This document shows, one piece after another, positions 37,786 to 52,002 of a stretch of 64,000 nucleotides of DNA. Made by a program: the position numbers and the translations under genes. The first letter of the stretch is position 1; the number at the start of each line of letters is the position of its first letter. The notes beneath the pieces were generated by a model, which was given only the letters and a program-made list of their open reading frames with translations, searched no databases and was not told where the DNA came from. Source of the DNA: Chiloscyllium plagiosum (Eukaryota); contig NC_057728.1 in the NCBI RefSeq assembly GCF_004010195.1, positions 53,154,174 through 53,218,173 on the forward strand, read 5' to 3'.

Positions 37786-39574
37786 CTGACTTGTGCTCTC
37801 TTCCACGTTGGATTTCACAGAGATGAATGTGACTAGTTTTGGCGGTTGGTGAGTAGCACTCTCAGTGCTATCAGTTCATAATCCACTCCATCAAATTAAG
37901 ATTGACGCTCCCAGTGCAAGACTGAAGGTGTGTGCTTCACTTTCAGAGATGTCATCTTTCAGATGAGATGTTAAACTGGAAGTACTGACTTTATTTTCAA
38001 ATTGGTGTTAAAATGGGCATGGCAGTATTTTGCGGAGGGGCTGGGGAGTTCTAATCTGGTTAATACCTAGCACACAAACTATTATCTGGTCATTATCACA
38101 GCACTGCTGGTGGAATCTTGCTGTGCACAGATTGGTTGGTTCATTCCTGACATTAAAACATCATCTACACTTCATTGTAATTCATGGACTCTGAAGCGTT
38201 CTGGAACATTGTGTGGTTATGAAAAACACTAAACAAACTGATTGAAACAGTCAGGCTTTGGAACTTTTTATGAGGATAATAGCTGCCAACTTTTTTGTCA
38301 TTTTTGCAAGTGGTATTGAGTGGCGCTACCAAGGCCAGATTTAGCCTCATTTGACATGAAAAATCTGTTGAGGGTGGACACCTTTACTGAAAGGATCAGG
38401 TTGTAACTAAACTGTTTTCCAGGTCACTTCAGCACAGAACTAAATCAACCACATGAGTGTGGAGTCTATATATGGCCCAGAATAGCTAAAAACAGCCAAT
38501 CTGCACTCCCTGCACGACAGAAACTGATCTGAACCCATCTTGTATGACACCTCATACAGAACTCTAGTTCGATTCTAAATTCTACTGATATTTCCTGTTT
38601 TTTTACTTCAACGTATGAATTGAAGCAGCTACACAGAGGTTAGGAAGTCATTGTGAATTATAAAATTTATTTTCAAGTGCTGGCATTGCCAACTCTTCAA
38701 GACCACCTGGACACTCTAGTAACCGGAGATTAATCTCCAATGCAACGCAAGGGTGGCACAGTGGCTCAGTGGTTAGCACGGCTGCCTCCCAGTTCCAGGG
38801 ACCCACGCTTGATTCACACCCTTGGGTGATTGTGCAAACTCCAGACAGACATTCTCCCTATGTCTCTGCGTGGGTTTCTTCCCACAGTCGAATGGTATAC
38901 AGGTTAGATAGATTAGCCATGCAGAATGTAGAATTACAGGGATAGGGTAGGGTAAGGGTGAGATGATCTTCAAACAATTGGTTTGGACTTACTTGATGGG
39001 AATCCACACTGGAGGGATTCTCTGAATGGAGTGAGCTGCAACCGAAATGATGGAAGCTTAAATGAAAAATATCCAACTTTTCTGAACATTTTCATTTATT
39101 ATTGTCAGCTGTGACTCAGATGGTAGAACGCTTGCCTTGGACTTGGAGAGTTGAAGGTTCAAATCCTGATCCAGATACAAATACAAAGGTTAAGCTAACA
39201 CATCAGTTTGTCACTGAAGGGGTGCTACATTGTCAGAGGTGACACCGTCTGGATGGGTGTCATATTGAGAACCTCAGAGGTTGATGTAACTGTCTTGAAG
39301 AAGAGGAGGGAAGTTATCCTTGGCATCCCAGCCTGCAGTTATTCCTGAATCAATGCATTGAAAGTCATTTCCTGGTCATTTACCATACTTCTGTCTGTGG
39401 AAGCTTTCTGTGCAAACATTGGCTGATTTGTTTCCTACATTTAGAACATCAACCACATTTGAAAAGCAGGCCATTGACAACAAAGTGATTTCAGAAGTCC
39501 TGAAAGGCACCACATCAATGCAAGTCTTGCCTTTTCTTTTCCAATTAAGCTATCTCAAGCTCATTCACAAATTT

Positions 39575-39920
39575 GGAGGAGGTGATGGCCTAGTGGTATT
39601 ATTGTTGGACTATCAATCCAGAGACCCTGGTAACGCTCTGGGGACCCAGGTTTGAATCCTGTCATAGCAGAAGGTGGAATTTAAATTCAATAGAAAAATA
39701 TCTGGAATTAAAAATTTAATGATGAGAATGAATCCATTGTCGATTATGGGGCAAAAAACCCCATCTGGTTCACCAATGTCCTTCAGGGAAGGAAACTGCC
39801 ATCCTTACCTGGTCTGGCCACAGCAATGTGGTTGACTCTTAACCGTGCCCTGAGCAATTAGGGAAGGGCAATAAATGCTGACCCAGCCAGTGCTGCCTTC
39901 ATCCTGTGAATGAATAAGAA
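39575..39920 (+). mobile_element. tRNA-derived SINE sharing its 3' tail with the second LINE family
   Basis: tggcctagtgg A box, ggtttgaatcc B box, tail gcaattagggaagggcaataaatgctg...gaatgaataa. Confidence 0.7.
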
Positions 39921-40856
39921 AACTGTATTGACCCCTCTTGAACAAAATAATGGAGAACAAACAAAACCTGGAAGCTATGATAACCTCAGCTTTATAATAG
40001 TCCTCACTTTCAGGAAAATATTCCAGAACATTTTCAAAGCAGACAATGTCAAGGCCAAGACGTGTGGATGGTCAGAAGAGATGAAAAGGGCAATTTCTCT
40101 CGGTCACCGTGGAGCTGGGGAAATTTTCATTTGGTCACAAATTAAACTGACATTTTCTCTCCAGCGTTACTGTAAAATAAACAGCATTAGGTGTCCACCA
40201 GTGCTGGAAAGAAAGCACGTACATTTATATAATCCCTTTCACATCCTCAGCATTTTACAAAATGTTTTGCAATCAGTTGGTTACAGTCAAGAAGGGAGCC
40301 ACTTTCCACACAGCAAGATCCCACAAGCCAAAGTGAGATGTGACTAATTAACCTTTGGAGATGCTACTATGAAACTTTACTTCCATTAGAGCAGGTGGAC
40401 AGGACTGGACTTTCAAAATGGGATCAAGGCACACAGACTCCGCTGAATCCTGACACCACCTCTTCTCTGCATTGTTTGATTTTTAAATTCAAGTGACCTC
40501 ATTGGATGGGGATCTTGTCACCTGCCCAATGAGTGGGGATGCAGGTGTTCAGAAGGCAGACTGCCTGCTTGGTGTCAGTGTCAAATGGCACAGGCGGTCT
40601 TCAGAGGGTCAGGGGTGAAACTTAACAGGAAGTGCCCATGCAGGACAGGGGTTTGGAACAGCACTCACCCTTCTGCTAGCTGACTCCTCAAATTTGATAT
40701 AGAAACTGGCAAACATCACTCTGTTTCCATGGCAAATCCCACAGCTATGCAATAACATGACTGGCTTCACTAGAAGAAACATTGAAAATTGGATTCTGGA
40801 TAGACAGGCCATTTAACCAGCTCCTTCAGGAGTTTATTGGACCATTAATGAGGCCT

Positions 40857-40893
40857 CATTCCTGATGAAGGGCTTATGCCTGAAACGTCGATT
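40857..40893 (+). ncRNA. Minimal hammerhead ribozyme motif (PLE-derived), intact core
   Basis: AUUC-CUGAUGA-A-GGGC UUAU GCCU-GAAAC-GUC-GAUU. Confidence 0.65.
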
Positions 40894-42676
40894 CTCCTGT
40901 TTCTCAGACGCTTTTCTAGCACCGCACTCTCGACTCTGAACACAAGATGACCATTCAGCCCCTCAAATCTGCTTTGCTATTCAATAGGACTATGGCTGAT
41001 CTGATTGTGGCCTTGACTCCACATTCATGTTAATTCCTCTATAACCTTTGGCCCCCTTGCTAATCAAAAAATTGTCAAACTCAGCCTTGAGTGTATTCAA
41101 TGATCTATTCTCCACTGGGGCAGAGTTCCAAAGAGAAGTTTCTCAATCTTTGACTGAAATGGTAGCTCACTTTATTTTTAAACTGTGCCTCCTCAATGAG
41201 GAGAACCATTCTCTCTGCATTGAGCCTGTCAAACCCCATCAGGGTCTTTACATAGAGTCATAGAGTCATAGAGATGTACAGCATGGAAACAGACCCTCCG
41301 GTCCAACCTGTCCATGCTGACCAGATATCTCAACCTAATCTAGTCCCACGTGTTTTAATAAGATCATTCAACTTTCTACTAAACTTCAATAGGCACAAGT
41401 GTCACCAAAAATCCAGTCTAGGTCTCAAATCTATGCCTCTTTGAAAATCCAACTCACAGTTTCAGCTGAAAGACAATACCCAAAAAAGTGCAGCACTTCC
41501 CAGTAATCAATAGGGAATGCCATCTGGGGAAGTCCTTGAACCAATGATTATTTTGTTCTAAGACAAGATTCACTGAATGAAAGCTAGTCCTTAATTTACA
41601 ATTCCAAGGCCAATGATTTTTTGAAGGTGGAGTGACCGTTACCAATTATTGCACAGCAAGCTCCCACAAACAGCAATAAAATTAGTGACCAGATCATCCG
41701 TTTTGGTGACACCGGACTGTTTTATACCTCCTTTACACTTTTACAGAATGCGGATGTCACTGGCAAGATGAACATCTGTTGGCCATCCCTCAGTTGCTAG
41801 AACTGAATGGGTTACTAGGGTCATTTCAGAGATCAGTTGACAGTCAACCACACATTGTAGGTCTGGATCACATGCAGGTCTGAAGAAAGAGCTTTCAATT
41901 TCAGATTTTTTTAATGAATTAAATTCCACAGGCTGCCATCATGGGATTATCCTTGACCTATCCTTGGGCCTCTGGATTGCTCATCTAGTGATTAGTAATT
42001 CTGAATTCATCAAATGGACATCATTCAATTCAATAGGCCTGCTACATTATAAAACTGAAATGGCAGCGAGATGCTAGAAAGGCGATTTGAAACATTTTTT
42101 AATGTTTGTGAAATGCACACCGCACTATGTGAAAAGCTAATCTTGACAATTGTATGAAGCAATCATTCTGTCAAAGACTTAAAGAAGATTTAAGATTATA
42201 ATTGGTTGGTTCACAGAGATTTGGAGATTTTATTATTCACTCCCAGCAAAGATAAATAAATGCCTGACTCATCCACACACTGTCACATAGATGAGCAGTT
42301 ACAGTACTAAGTGCTAAGGGATTTATCTTCGCCTGTCTAGACTCTGGCTTTGAGAACTATTGCCCAGACTTGAGAATTTTACAATGGTTGGATTGTGTTG
42401 TGATTTTTAGGTGGACAGTAGATTTTGATTCCTCTTGATCCAGCTGTTTAACTGGAAGTGATGTGGCCCAGGCTGAACTTTCATCCACTTTGTAACCCCC
42501 TTTAAGGTGTTACCTCAAGTCAGTTTTCTCCGCACCAGTTGCAGGTTTATCTCCCGGCTCACGTACTTTGTTAGATTTGAAACAGAAGTTTTATTGTCAG
42601 GGTCACAGACTTGTCAAAGTGCTTTACAGTAAATGAAGTAGTGTTGAAGTGTAGTCACTGTAATAACCTAGAAAAT

Positions 42677-42993
42677 GGCACTGTGGCTCAGTGGTTAGCA
42701 CTGCTGCCTCACAGCGCCAGGGACCCAGGTTCGAGTCCCACCTCGGGTGACTGTCTGTGTGGCATTTGCACATTCTCCTTGTGTCTGCATGGCTTTCCTT
42801 TGGGTGCTCCGGTTTCCTCCCACAATCCAAAGATGTGCGGATTAGGTGAATTAGCCATGCTAAATTGCCCATAGTGTTAGGTGCATTAGTCAGGGGTAAA
42901 TATAGGGTAGGGGAATGGGTCTGGGTGGGTTACTCTTTGGAAGGTGGGTGTGGACTTGTTGGGCCAAAGGACCTGTAGGGAATCTAATCTAAT
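42677..42993 (+). mobile_element. HE1-type V-SINE
   Basis: A/B boxes, V domain, aatctaatctaat tail. Confidence 0.9.
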
Positions 42994-43254
42994 CATAATA
43001 GCCAATTTGTACACTGCAAGATCCCACAAACAGAAGTGCAACAATAACCAGATTTAAGTTGATTGAAGAGTAAGAATTGGCTAGGACACTGGTGCCCTTC
43101 TTTAAAACAATGCCGTGCACATTTTACAATCACCCAACAGGCAGATTCAATATGGTTATAGCTGACCTGCTCCTCCACTCTATGTTCCCACTGTAGCCCC
43201 ATGTAGTTGTATCATCTGAGATTTAACAGTTTCAATTTTTAGCGCTTATTGGGA

Positions 43255-44045
43255 GGCAAATAACACTCATGCCACACAAATGCCAGTCAATAACTATTTC
43301 TAATAAGAGACAATCTAACCACCAACCCTTGACATTTAATGGTGTTATTATTACTGAACCTTCCCTCCACCCCACTATCAACATCCTGGGGGGGGGGGGG
43401 GTGGAGGTTATCATTGACTCGAAACTCACTGAACTCACCACAGAAACACAGTTGCTCTAAGAGCAGATCAGAGGCTTGGCATACTCTGTCGAGTAACTCC
43501 ATAAAGTCTGTCCATCATCTGCAGGACTCAAATCAGGAGTGTGATGGAATATTCTCCACTTGTCTGGATGAGTGCAGCACCAACAACACTCAAGAAGCTT
43601 GACACAATTCAAGCCAAAGCAGCCTACTTGATTGGCCCCATATCCACAGGCATCTGCTCTCTCCACCACTGACATTCAGTAGCAGCAGTATGAACTATCC
43701 ATAAGATGCACGGCAAAAAAATCATCCAAAAGCTTCAGACAGGACCTTCCAAGTCTATGACTCCTGCCATCTAGGAGGATAAAGGCAGCAGATCCATGGG
43801 AAAACTCCCACCACAAGTTGCCCTTTGAGCCACCATTCTGACTTGGAAATATATCACCGTTCCTTCACTGTTGCTGAGCCAAAATCCTGGAATTCCCTCC
43901 CTATGGGTTTTGTGGCTGAAGAACAGCACATGGATTGCAGCGGTTCAAGAAGGCAGCTCATCACCACCTTTTCAAGGGCAACTAGGGACGAGCAATAAAT
44001 GCTGGCCCTGGCGGTGATGCCTACATCCCATGGGTGAATAAAAAT
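43255..44045 (+). mobile_element. 3' fragment of the second LINE family
   Basis: Colinear with about 31215-31858 including the tail. Confidence 0.75.
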
Positions 44046-45366
44046 CAAATTTGAGCTAGATGAAATAAGGACATCAGAAAGAGCTTTGCTTTCCAAATCA
44101 TTGAATAATTGTTACTTTCTCTTTTCTTCTGACACAACTCTCATTGTAACCCATTCCCTCAAGCAGCACCTCAGAAGAAAATGTCTCTGTCTTTCTATTA
44201 GAGCAGTAATGCAGGGGTATTAGGCTAAAACTTCCTCATGAGAGTTAACAACTGCATAGCTTTGACAAAACAAAATGCCTGAGGCCCTCGAGACAGCCTT
44301 TGTGATCAGGAAAGGGACAGGTTAAATGATAGATATCGTGAGAGAGGCTTGTTTCACTTATTCCAATCAGCAGGAATTTTCCACAGAAAATTCTGTCAGC
44401 TACGATGACGCATTGATCCTGTCTACTGAAGGTCATACATATAACTGCCTCTAGTCCAATTGTAGTGCTTTCTGCATATCTTGGATCTGCTTTAGGATTC
44501 TGGCATTCTCTAAACATAAGGAGGCCCTTCAGCCCCTAAGACGGTTCCTCCATTCAATTAGGTTGTGGCTGACCTGTTCATCCACTCCATTTTTCCACTG
44601 TACTTTCACACCTTTACTAAACACAATCTCTCATCTAAGTCCTGACAAGTTCAATCTTCCATCCATTTCCCTGGGGTGGAGCTGGAGTTCTGGTTTCTTC
44701 TACATTTTTAGGCAACATCTGTGCCCTGAAATTGCAGTGCCCACCTGAAGATGGCAGCCTGAGACATCTGCTTCAGTATTTTATCTTTGCCAGAAGGCCA
44801 GCAAGCTGAAGGCACGAGTCAGGGGTTCTGACTTAACTCTCCTCCTCAGCTCCAATCCATCCCACACTTGCCCCATAAGGGTGATGGGTGGGTGGGTAGA
44901 TGACTTTGGAAAATGACCAACTTCAACTATGAAGCCAGCCTGTGGGTTATTTGTAGAAGAAAGAAAAAAGTTACATTTATGCAGCTCCTCTCACATCCTT
45001 AGGATATCTCAAAGCACTATACAGCTGGTTCAGTGCTTTTTGAAGTGTGGCAATTTCCTTCTAGACAGCTAAACAACTGACCAGATTGGGGTGGCGAGGT
45101 GGCTCCGTGGTTAGCACTGTTAACGCACAGTGGTAGGGGACTGGGTTCAATTCCTGCCTTGGGTTTCTTCCCACAGTTCAAAGTTATGCATGCTAAATTG
45201 ATCAATCGTGTCCAGGATGTGCAGACCAGGTGGATTAGCCATGGCCAATGCAAGGTTAAAGGAACAGGGCAGGGGGTTAGGACTGGGTGGATCAGTGTGG
45301 ACTTGATGGGCCGAATCTCCTGCTTCTGCATTATCGGGATTTGATGTTAATCAATTTTGGTCAGGT

Positions 45367-46445
45367 TTTTGGATATGAGCATAAGAGGTACAGTTAGTAA
45401 GTTTGCAGATGACACCAAAATTGGAGGTGTAGTGGACAGCAAAGAGGGTTACCTCAGATTACAACAAGATCTTGACCAGATGGGCCAATGGACAGAGAAG
45501 TGGCAGATGGAGTTTAATTCAGATAAATGCAAGGTGCTGCATTTTGGGAAAGCAAATCTTAGCAGGCCTTATACAATTAATGGTAAGGTCCTAGGGAGTG
45601 TTGCTGAACAAAGAGACCTTGGAGTGCAGGTTCATAGCTCCTNNNNNNNNNNNNNNNNNNNNNNNNNNNNNNNNNNNNNNNNNNNNNNNNNNNNNNNNNN
45701 NNNNNNNNNNNNNNNNNNNNNNNNNNNNNNNNNNNNNNNNNNNNNNNNNNNNNNNNNNNNNNNNNNNNNNNNNNNNNNNNNNNNNNNNNNNNNNNNNNNN
45801 NNNNNNNNNNNNNNNNNNNNNNNNNNNNNNNNNNNNNNNNNNNNNNNNNNNNNNNNNNNNNNGTCATGTTGCGGCTGTACAGGACATTGGTTAGGCCACT
45901 GTTGGGATATTGCGTGCAATTCTGGTCTCCTTCCTATTGGAAAGATGTTGTGAAACTTGAAAGGGTTCAGAAAAGATTTATAAGGATGTTGCCAGGGTTG
46001 GAGGATTTGAGCTATCGGGAGAGTCTGAACAGGCTGGGGCTGTTTTCCCTGGAGCGTGGAGGCTGAGGGGGTGACCTTATAGAGGTTTACAAAATCATGA
46101 GGGGCATGGATAGGGTAAATAGACAAAGTCTTTTCCCTGGGATCAGGGAGTCCAGAACTAGAGTGAGGTTTAGAGTGAGAGGGGAAAGATATAAAAAAGA
46201 CCTCAAGGGCAACGTTTTCACGCAGAGGGTGGTATGTGTATGGAATGAGCTGCCAGAGGAAGTGGTGGAGGCTGGTACAATTGCAACATTTAAGAGGCAT
46301 TTGGATGGGTATATGAATAGGAAGGGTTTGGAGGGATATGGGCCGGGTGCTGGCAGGTGGGACTAGATTGGGTTGGGATATCTGGTTGGCATGGACAGGT
46401 TGGACCGAAGCATCTGTTTCCATGCTGTACATCTCTATGACTTCA
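45367..46445 (+). mobile_element. CR1 RT to 3' end spanning an assembly gap
   Basis: KFADDTKIGG...; N-run 45643-45862; LVRPLLGYCVQFWSP; 3' UTR. Confidence 0.9.
45643..45862. other. Assembly gap (220 N)
   Basis: Run of n. Confidence 1.
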
Positions 46446-49304
46446 TAATGAGGAGTAAAGTACTGAGCACAACAGTGGGAATATCATTTCCTGCTGTTCT
46501 TTCAAATAGAACCACAGTATCCTTTAATTCCAACCGAGAACTCAGCTTTTACCCAGAATATGTTGATGTCGAGCAGTGCAGCACTCTCTCTGTACTGCAT
46601 CGACACTGTCAATCGAGGATTACTTTCCCAATTTCCTGACGTGGTGCTTGAACCCATGATCTTCTGACTCGGAGCTGAGAAGGAGAGAATGGGAAGAGAT
46701 ACATCTGTGAGAAGGGGAACCCTGGAGGGGGCAGGACTGCATGAGCTGCTGACTGGTGGGCAAGTGGGCATAGATTGTTTGAGGCATGGGGAGTGCAGCA
46801 GGGAGATAAGTCAAACATCTCACCATTTCACTTCAGCTGGTCACCCAAGGGTTACCAGATTGGGTCCAAGTAGGCTCAGAGAAATGTGGAACACAGGTTC
46901 CATCCACTTAATGCCAAATCTTTCAGCAAGATCCTAAAATGAGTGTTAGCCTCCCCATTAACATTACCAACATTTCTAAATCCTGATGGAATAATATGGT
47001 TAGATTCCAGGATACAGTGTTTCTGCTGTGCGTGCTAAACAATTATCTTGTGCAAATTGAAGCCAAATTTGCATCCATTTTAAGAAATGTTTTTGTCCCT
47101 CCTGTTTCCACTCAAACATGTTTGTATATTCCCGAATCTGCCAAGTACTAGAGCAATTTAGGACAGACATGAGGAGAAATATCCTCTGTCAGAGGGTTAT
47201 AACTCTTTGGAATTCCTTGCTACAGAGAGCACAGGTGCACAGTCCTTCTGCATATTTAAGGCCGAGATAGATAGATCTTTGATCAGTAAGGGAATCAAAG
47301 GTTACAGGGAAAGGGCAGGAAAGGGGACGTGGGGAATGTCGAATCGGCCATGATCCTATTGAATGGTAGAGCAGGTTTGAGGGACTGAACAGCTTTCTCC
47401 TGTTCCTATTTCTTACAATCCAATTGGGCAACAAGTTAGCACATAACGTTTGAATAACAAACAGTTTTATCTTGAAAATTATTTTTCAAGGAGGAGAAAA
47501 TTGATATGATTTAATTAATACAAGTGAAAATGTTGAGTGCATTCGACAAGGTAATTACATTTTCAATGGCTCTCAAACCACTATCTATAATGACACAATT
47601 TTAACAACCTGCAACATAACCTTACAGCAATAGAGAGAAATATTGTCCTTAAAGATTTGGGGGGGGCAGTAATGAGTGCTTAGCTAATTTAAGAGAAACA
47701 TTCAAAATCCTGAAAGTACAGTCCTGCATGTCCTGGTGCTAAACACGATCCAGCTAAATTTTTTTTTGCAGCCGCTTTCAAGATTTGAAAAATGTGCACA
47801 ACTATCATGTAGTTACAGAATGGTTGAAAGGCAGGTAGCCATTCACCATGTCTGTACTAGCTCTCTGTAAAAATGAATCAACTTGCGTTGCTGTGAATGT
47901 TCTTTTTCCAGATAGCCTGTACTCCCTGACATGAAAGAGCATGCATATCAGCAGTGATATGCGTTTGAAAGTGAATCGATTTAGCTCAATTGGCTGAATT
48001 GTTAGCTTATAGAGTAGTGTGGGTTCAATTCCCATCACCAGTTTGAGGTTATTATGAAGGACTCTCCTTTTCAATGTCTTCCCTTGCCTGAGAGCTGGTG
48101 GCCCTCAGGTTAAATCACTACCAGTTGTTTCTCTCTCATAAGACAGCAGCCCCTGTGGTCTGGCAAGACTATGGCAACGCAGCAACATCTGTTAGAAATA
48201 TGATCGTAAATCTTTACAATTAATTAAATTATTTTAATGAAACAGTGTATCGGGTCACAAAAATAAACAAAGTACTCAATATTTATTTTAAAATTTAAGA
48301 ATTGGCTTAACATTGTGCGTATGCATGAATGCATGAACAGTCAGCAATAAGCAGCAGTATGGAGTGTTGTGCTCGAAAAGCACAGCCTGTCAGGCAGCAT
48401 CCGAGGAGCAGGAGAGTTGACGTTTCGAGCATAAGCTGTTCATCAAGAATGTGGGGGTTGGGGCAAGGGGGCTGAGAGGTAGATGGGAGGGAGGTGGGGT
48501 GGGAGTGAGGTAGCTAGGAATGCGATAGGTGGATGAAGGTGGGGGGTGATGGTGATAGGTCAGAGTGCAGGGTGGAGTGGATAGGTGGAAAGGAATATAG
48601 GCAGGTAGGACAGTTCAAGAGGGAGGTGTCCATCTTCCTTCCCACCTCTTGCTATCCATCCCCCAATAATCCTTTCCTCCTCTATCAGGTCCCCTCTCAG
48701 CCATTGCTGCTCAGAAGTAAACAACACCAAGTCTATCCAATCTTTCCTCACACCTCAGACTCCCAGCCCAGGCAGCCTCCTGTTAAATAAAAACTGAAAT
48801 TGCTAGAGAAACTCAACAGGTCTGGCAGCATCTGTGGGGAAAGAAAGCAGAGTGAACATTTTGGGTTCAGTGACTCTTCTTCAAAACTAATCCTGGACAG
48901 CATCCTGGTAACACATCAGCGTCTTGGTAAATCTGCTCCACACTCTCTCTCTCATGCAATTACATCCCTCCTATAAAGTGGTGACCAGAACTGCACACAG
49001 TACTCCAGTTGTGGCCTAACCAATAATTTACAAGGTTAACGTTTACATTTTTAAAACCAGTGTAAAAGATCACAGAACCCAAGCTGCACTGAACCCAAAT
49101 TGCCACTTAAAATTTTACCGATTTGTTTGCATTAGTTGGGCCAATGTTGGGGGAATTGCTCTGAAAGTTTTACAGGGACTCTCAGGACCTGATCTCTGTT
49201 ATAAGTTTTTAATAATGTAAATTCTCAGGCAATGTAACCCACATAATCATGGAATCTTACAGAAAAAGGAAGAGGCTATTTGAAAGACTTATCCCATTTG
49301 TCTT

Positions 49305-49580
49305 AGAATCCCTACAGTATGGAAGAAGGCCATTCGGCCAACTGAATATACACTGATCCTCTGAAGTTGGGTGCAGGTTCATTCTCATTACCCTGCATTT
49401 CCCTTGACCAATCCACCTAACCTGCACATCTTTGGGTTGTGGGAGAAAATCAGATCACCTGCTGGAAACCCACACAGGCGTTGGGAGAATGTGAAATCTC
49501 CACATAGAGAGTGACCTGAGGCTGGAATCAAACCAGAGTCCCTGGCGCAGTGAGGTAGCAGTGCCATTGAGCCATCTTGT
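49305..49580 (-). mobile_element. Diverged V-SINE
   Basis: Reverse-complement V domain and tRNA-like head. Confidence 0.7.
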
Positions 49581-49599
49581 TGCCCACAGTAGTTAAGCT

Positions 49600-50215
49600 C
49601 TTTTTAAATTTCAAAATATATGTTATTTGGAAAAAGTTTTTATATTTATATAATCACAAATGCAGTTCAGTTCTGTACAGTAACATAACAAGGAAACAAA
49701 CAAATACTGGAGTTTGACTCTATCCAAACAAACGAAAGAATTCTCTTACATGTACAAGACTATATTTACATACATTTGTGGTATCAAGAGGGTCTAATAA
49801 ATGTACAGAGCCCCATTTAGCTTCAGCAGAAAGACCTTAGACAATGGTCTTTCCCCACTGTGCCTTGGCGGCAGCTGTCCTCAGCTTCAGTGCGCCGCTC
49901 AGCACATTTTCCTGGATTTTGGAATGTGCCAATCTGCAACACTCGGTCAGGGTCAACCCTTTGCGCTGGAAGATCAACAAGGTTTGGGCAGACCGAAGAG
50001 CATCTTTGACTGAGTTGATGTTCCTCCAGGTGCAGTCGATGTTTGCCACGGTGTATATTCCAGAGAAGAGGCAGTGGAGCACTGAGCCCTGCATCACGGA
50101 GCTGCTCAGGACAAACTTCGACAAGAACCCTCACATCTTTCTTCAGACTCCCTTTGCAAAAGCATGTTTTGGAAGGTGATGTGTGGCAGTATCAATCCCA
50201 CTCCCTGCAACCGGT
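49600..50215 (-). mobile_element. L1/Tx1-clade LINE ORF2 C-terminus plus 3' UTR
   Basis: Degenerate zinc-knuckle region, then INSVKDALRSAQTLLIFQRK...AAAKAQWGKTIV*, with an A-rich end. Confidence 0.65.
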
Positions 50216-51749
50216 GTGTAAAAGTAAGGGAGTGAATTTTCTCACTGACACAGCATAGTAATAGGGTGATTTAAACAGCAAGAGAGTCAATTTGGTCACA
50301 CCTTCATTTGAGCCTGTCCTGGGATATGGAGGGACATTTGGAAATTGATGGGTTCAGGTACAACACTGAGTATATATTGATATTGCACTGGGTGAACATG
50401 AATTCCCTCTGAGTTTATGACTGCAGTCAACATTGATCTGATGCTATCAGACTGAGGTTTTGTTTGCAGCAGAACCACAAAATGTTGTCGAGAAGAAAGA
50501 GGCTATTTGGCCCAATTTGTGCCAACTTGAAGAAAAAGCTATGGGGAGTAGGTTGCTTATAGGCCATGCTATTGGAGTAATAATTCGAAAGACCATGTTA
50601 ATGGTCTTGGGAACAAATGCAGAGTATGCTTGGAGAAACTCAGCAGGTTTGGCAGCATCTTTGGATACTGTAACACAATTAACATTCTGAATCTGGTATC
50701 TCTCTCATTCTGAACTCTCAGAAATGCTTTTGGGATATGTGTTGGGACAATTTAAATTCAATTAATGCATTCTAAATAAAAAGCTGCCCTTGTCATTTGA
50801 CAATGACCATTTGTGAGGAAATCTGCCATTTTTACTTGGTTTGGCTTTAACATGAGACTCTAGACACACTACAACTGTGTGCTTTACCCTTAACCCTTCT
50901 ACACCATCTCCAAAATGGTCCAGCCTTTAAGGGCAGTGAGGGATAGGAAACAAAATTGTGGCTGTGTCAGTGATGACAACATCCTATGAAAGAATTTTAA
51001 AAAATAATTAGTCTTGCTTACCTCTTGCTCTTTTTGCATTGTTGTAGAAATCCTTTCCTTACCTAATAATTATTCAACTGCCTTCTGTAAGTTGAATCTG
51101 CTCCCAGCAGGTGAGCACATTTTGTAAGACAGATTGTTTCTACTGGTTGGGGAATTTAATACATGGACGCATAGTCTCGGGCTAAGGAGCAGGTCATTTA
51201 GGACTGAGATGAGGGGAAATTACTTCACTCAAAGGGTTTGAAACCTTTTCTAAACTGGGGGTTGGGGATGCTCCATCATTGAATATATTTAATACTGGAT
51301 AGGCAGAATTTTTGTCTCTCAGAGAATCAAGGAATATGAAGGCAGCTGAGAAAGTGGAGTTGAAGCCCAGGATCATGACCATATCGATTAATGGACCAGG
51401 TTTGATGGACCAAGTGGTCTTTCCTGCTCCTGTTTATTGTCTGTGAAGAGCTTTCAGATGTCGTGAAAGGTGCTACACAAATACAAGATTTTTTTCGCCA
51501 TTGTGCTGGACACACAAAGGAAATATTGAATGTGAAGGGTACAACATGGACTTCAGTTTAGGATCCATTGAGGAGGCCCAGCCTGAACCTTACTGACTTC
51601 ATCTAGAACTCTGTAGGAACTTGCTCCATGCTCATAACTGAACAGTTGAATTTTGAGTATTGGGAAAAGGATTGCAACATATATCAAAGACCTGAATGTA
51701 GTCCATGTCTGGGAATTCTAGTTCCTAAAACTACAATGGAGTAATTAGC

Positions 51750-52002
51750 TCCTCCATTGGCTTAGTTGCCCAGAGGCAGCAAGAAAGGCATTGGTCTCAT
51801 TGTTAACTCTTGCCTCTTTGGCAAGAAATAAGGCCCGAAGGAGGGAATTGGGAAGGGGTGGGGTGGGGGGAAGCGATCCACTTTCTTTTACCACCCATCT
51901 TGGTCTGATTGGAATCTTATATTGCAAGGGCAAGAGCGTCTGTCCCTCCCAATGCAGCGGGAGCCCTTTATAAATATCCATGTCAGTCCAAGGGGTGAGT
52001 CA
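51750..52002 (+). promoter_or_regulatory. Candidate Pol II promoter for the plus-strand secreted-protein gene
   Basis: GGGGTGGGG box near 51856, ctgATTGG at 51905-51912, TATAAAT at 51969-51975, TGAGTCA at 51996-52002, in non-repetitive sequence 3.2 kb upstream of the ATG exon. Confidence 0.4.

Noticed and set aside
39910..40347. 145-aa ORF
   Set aside because: Starts in a SINE tail, has no recognisable domain and no supporting splice pattern
45577..45953. Long ORFs containing X runs
   Set aside because: Artefact of the N gap
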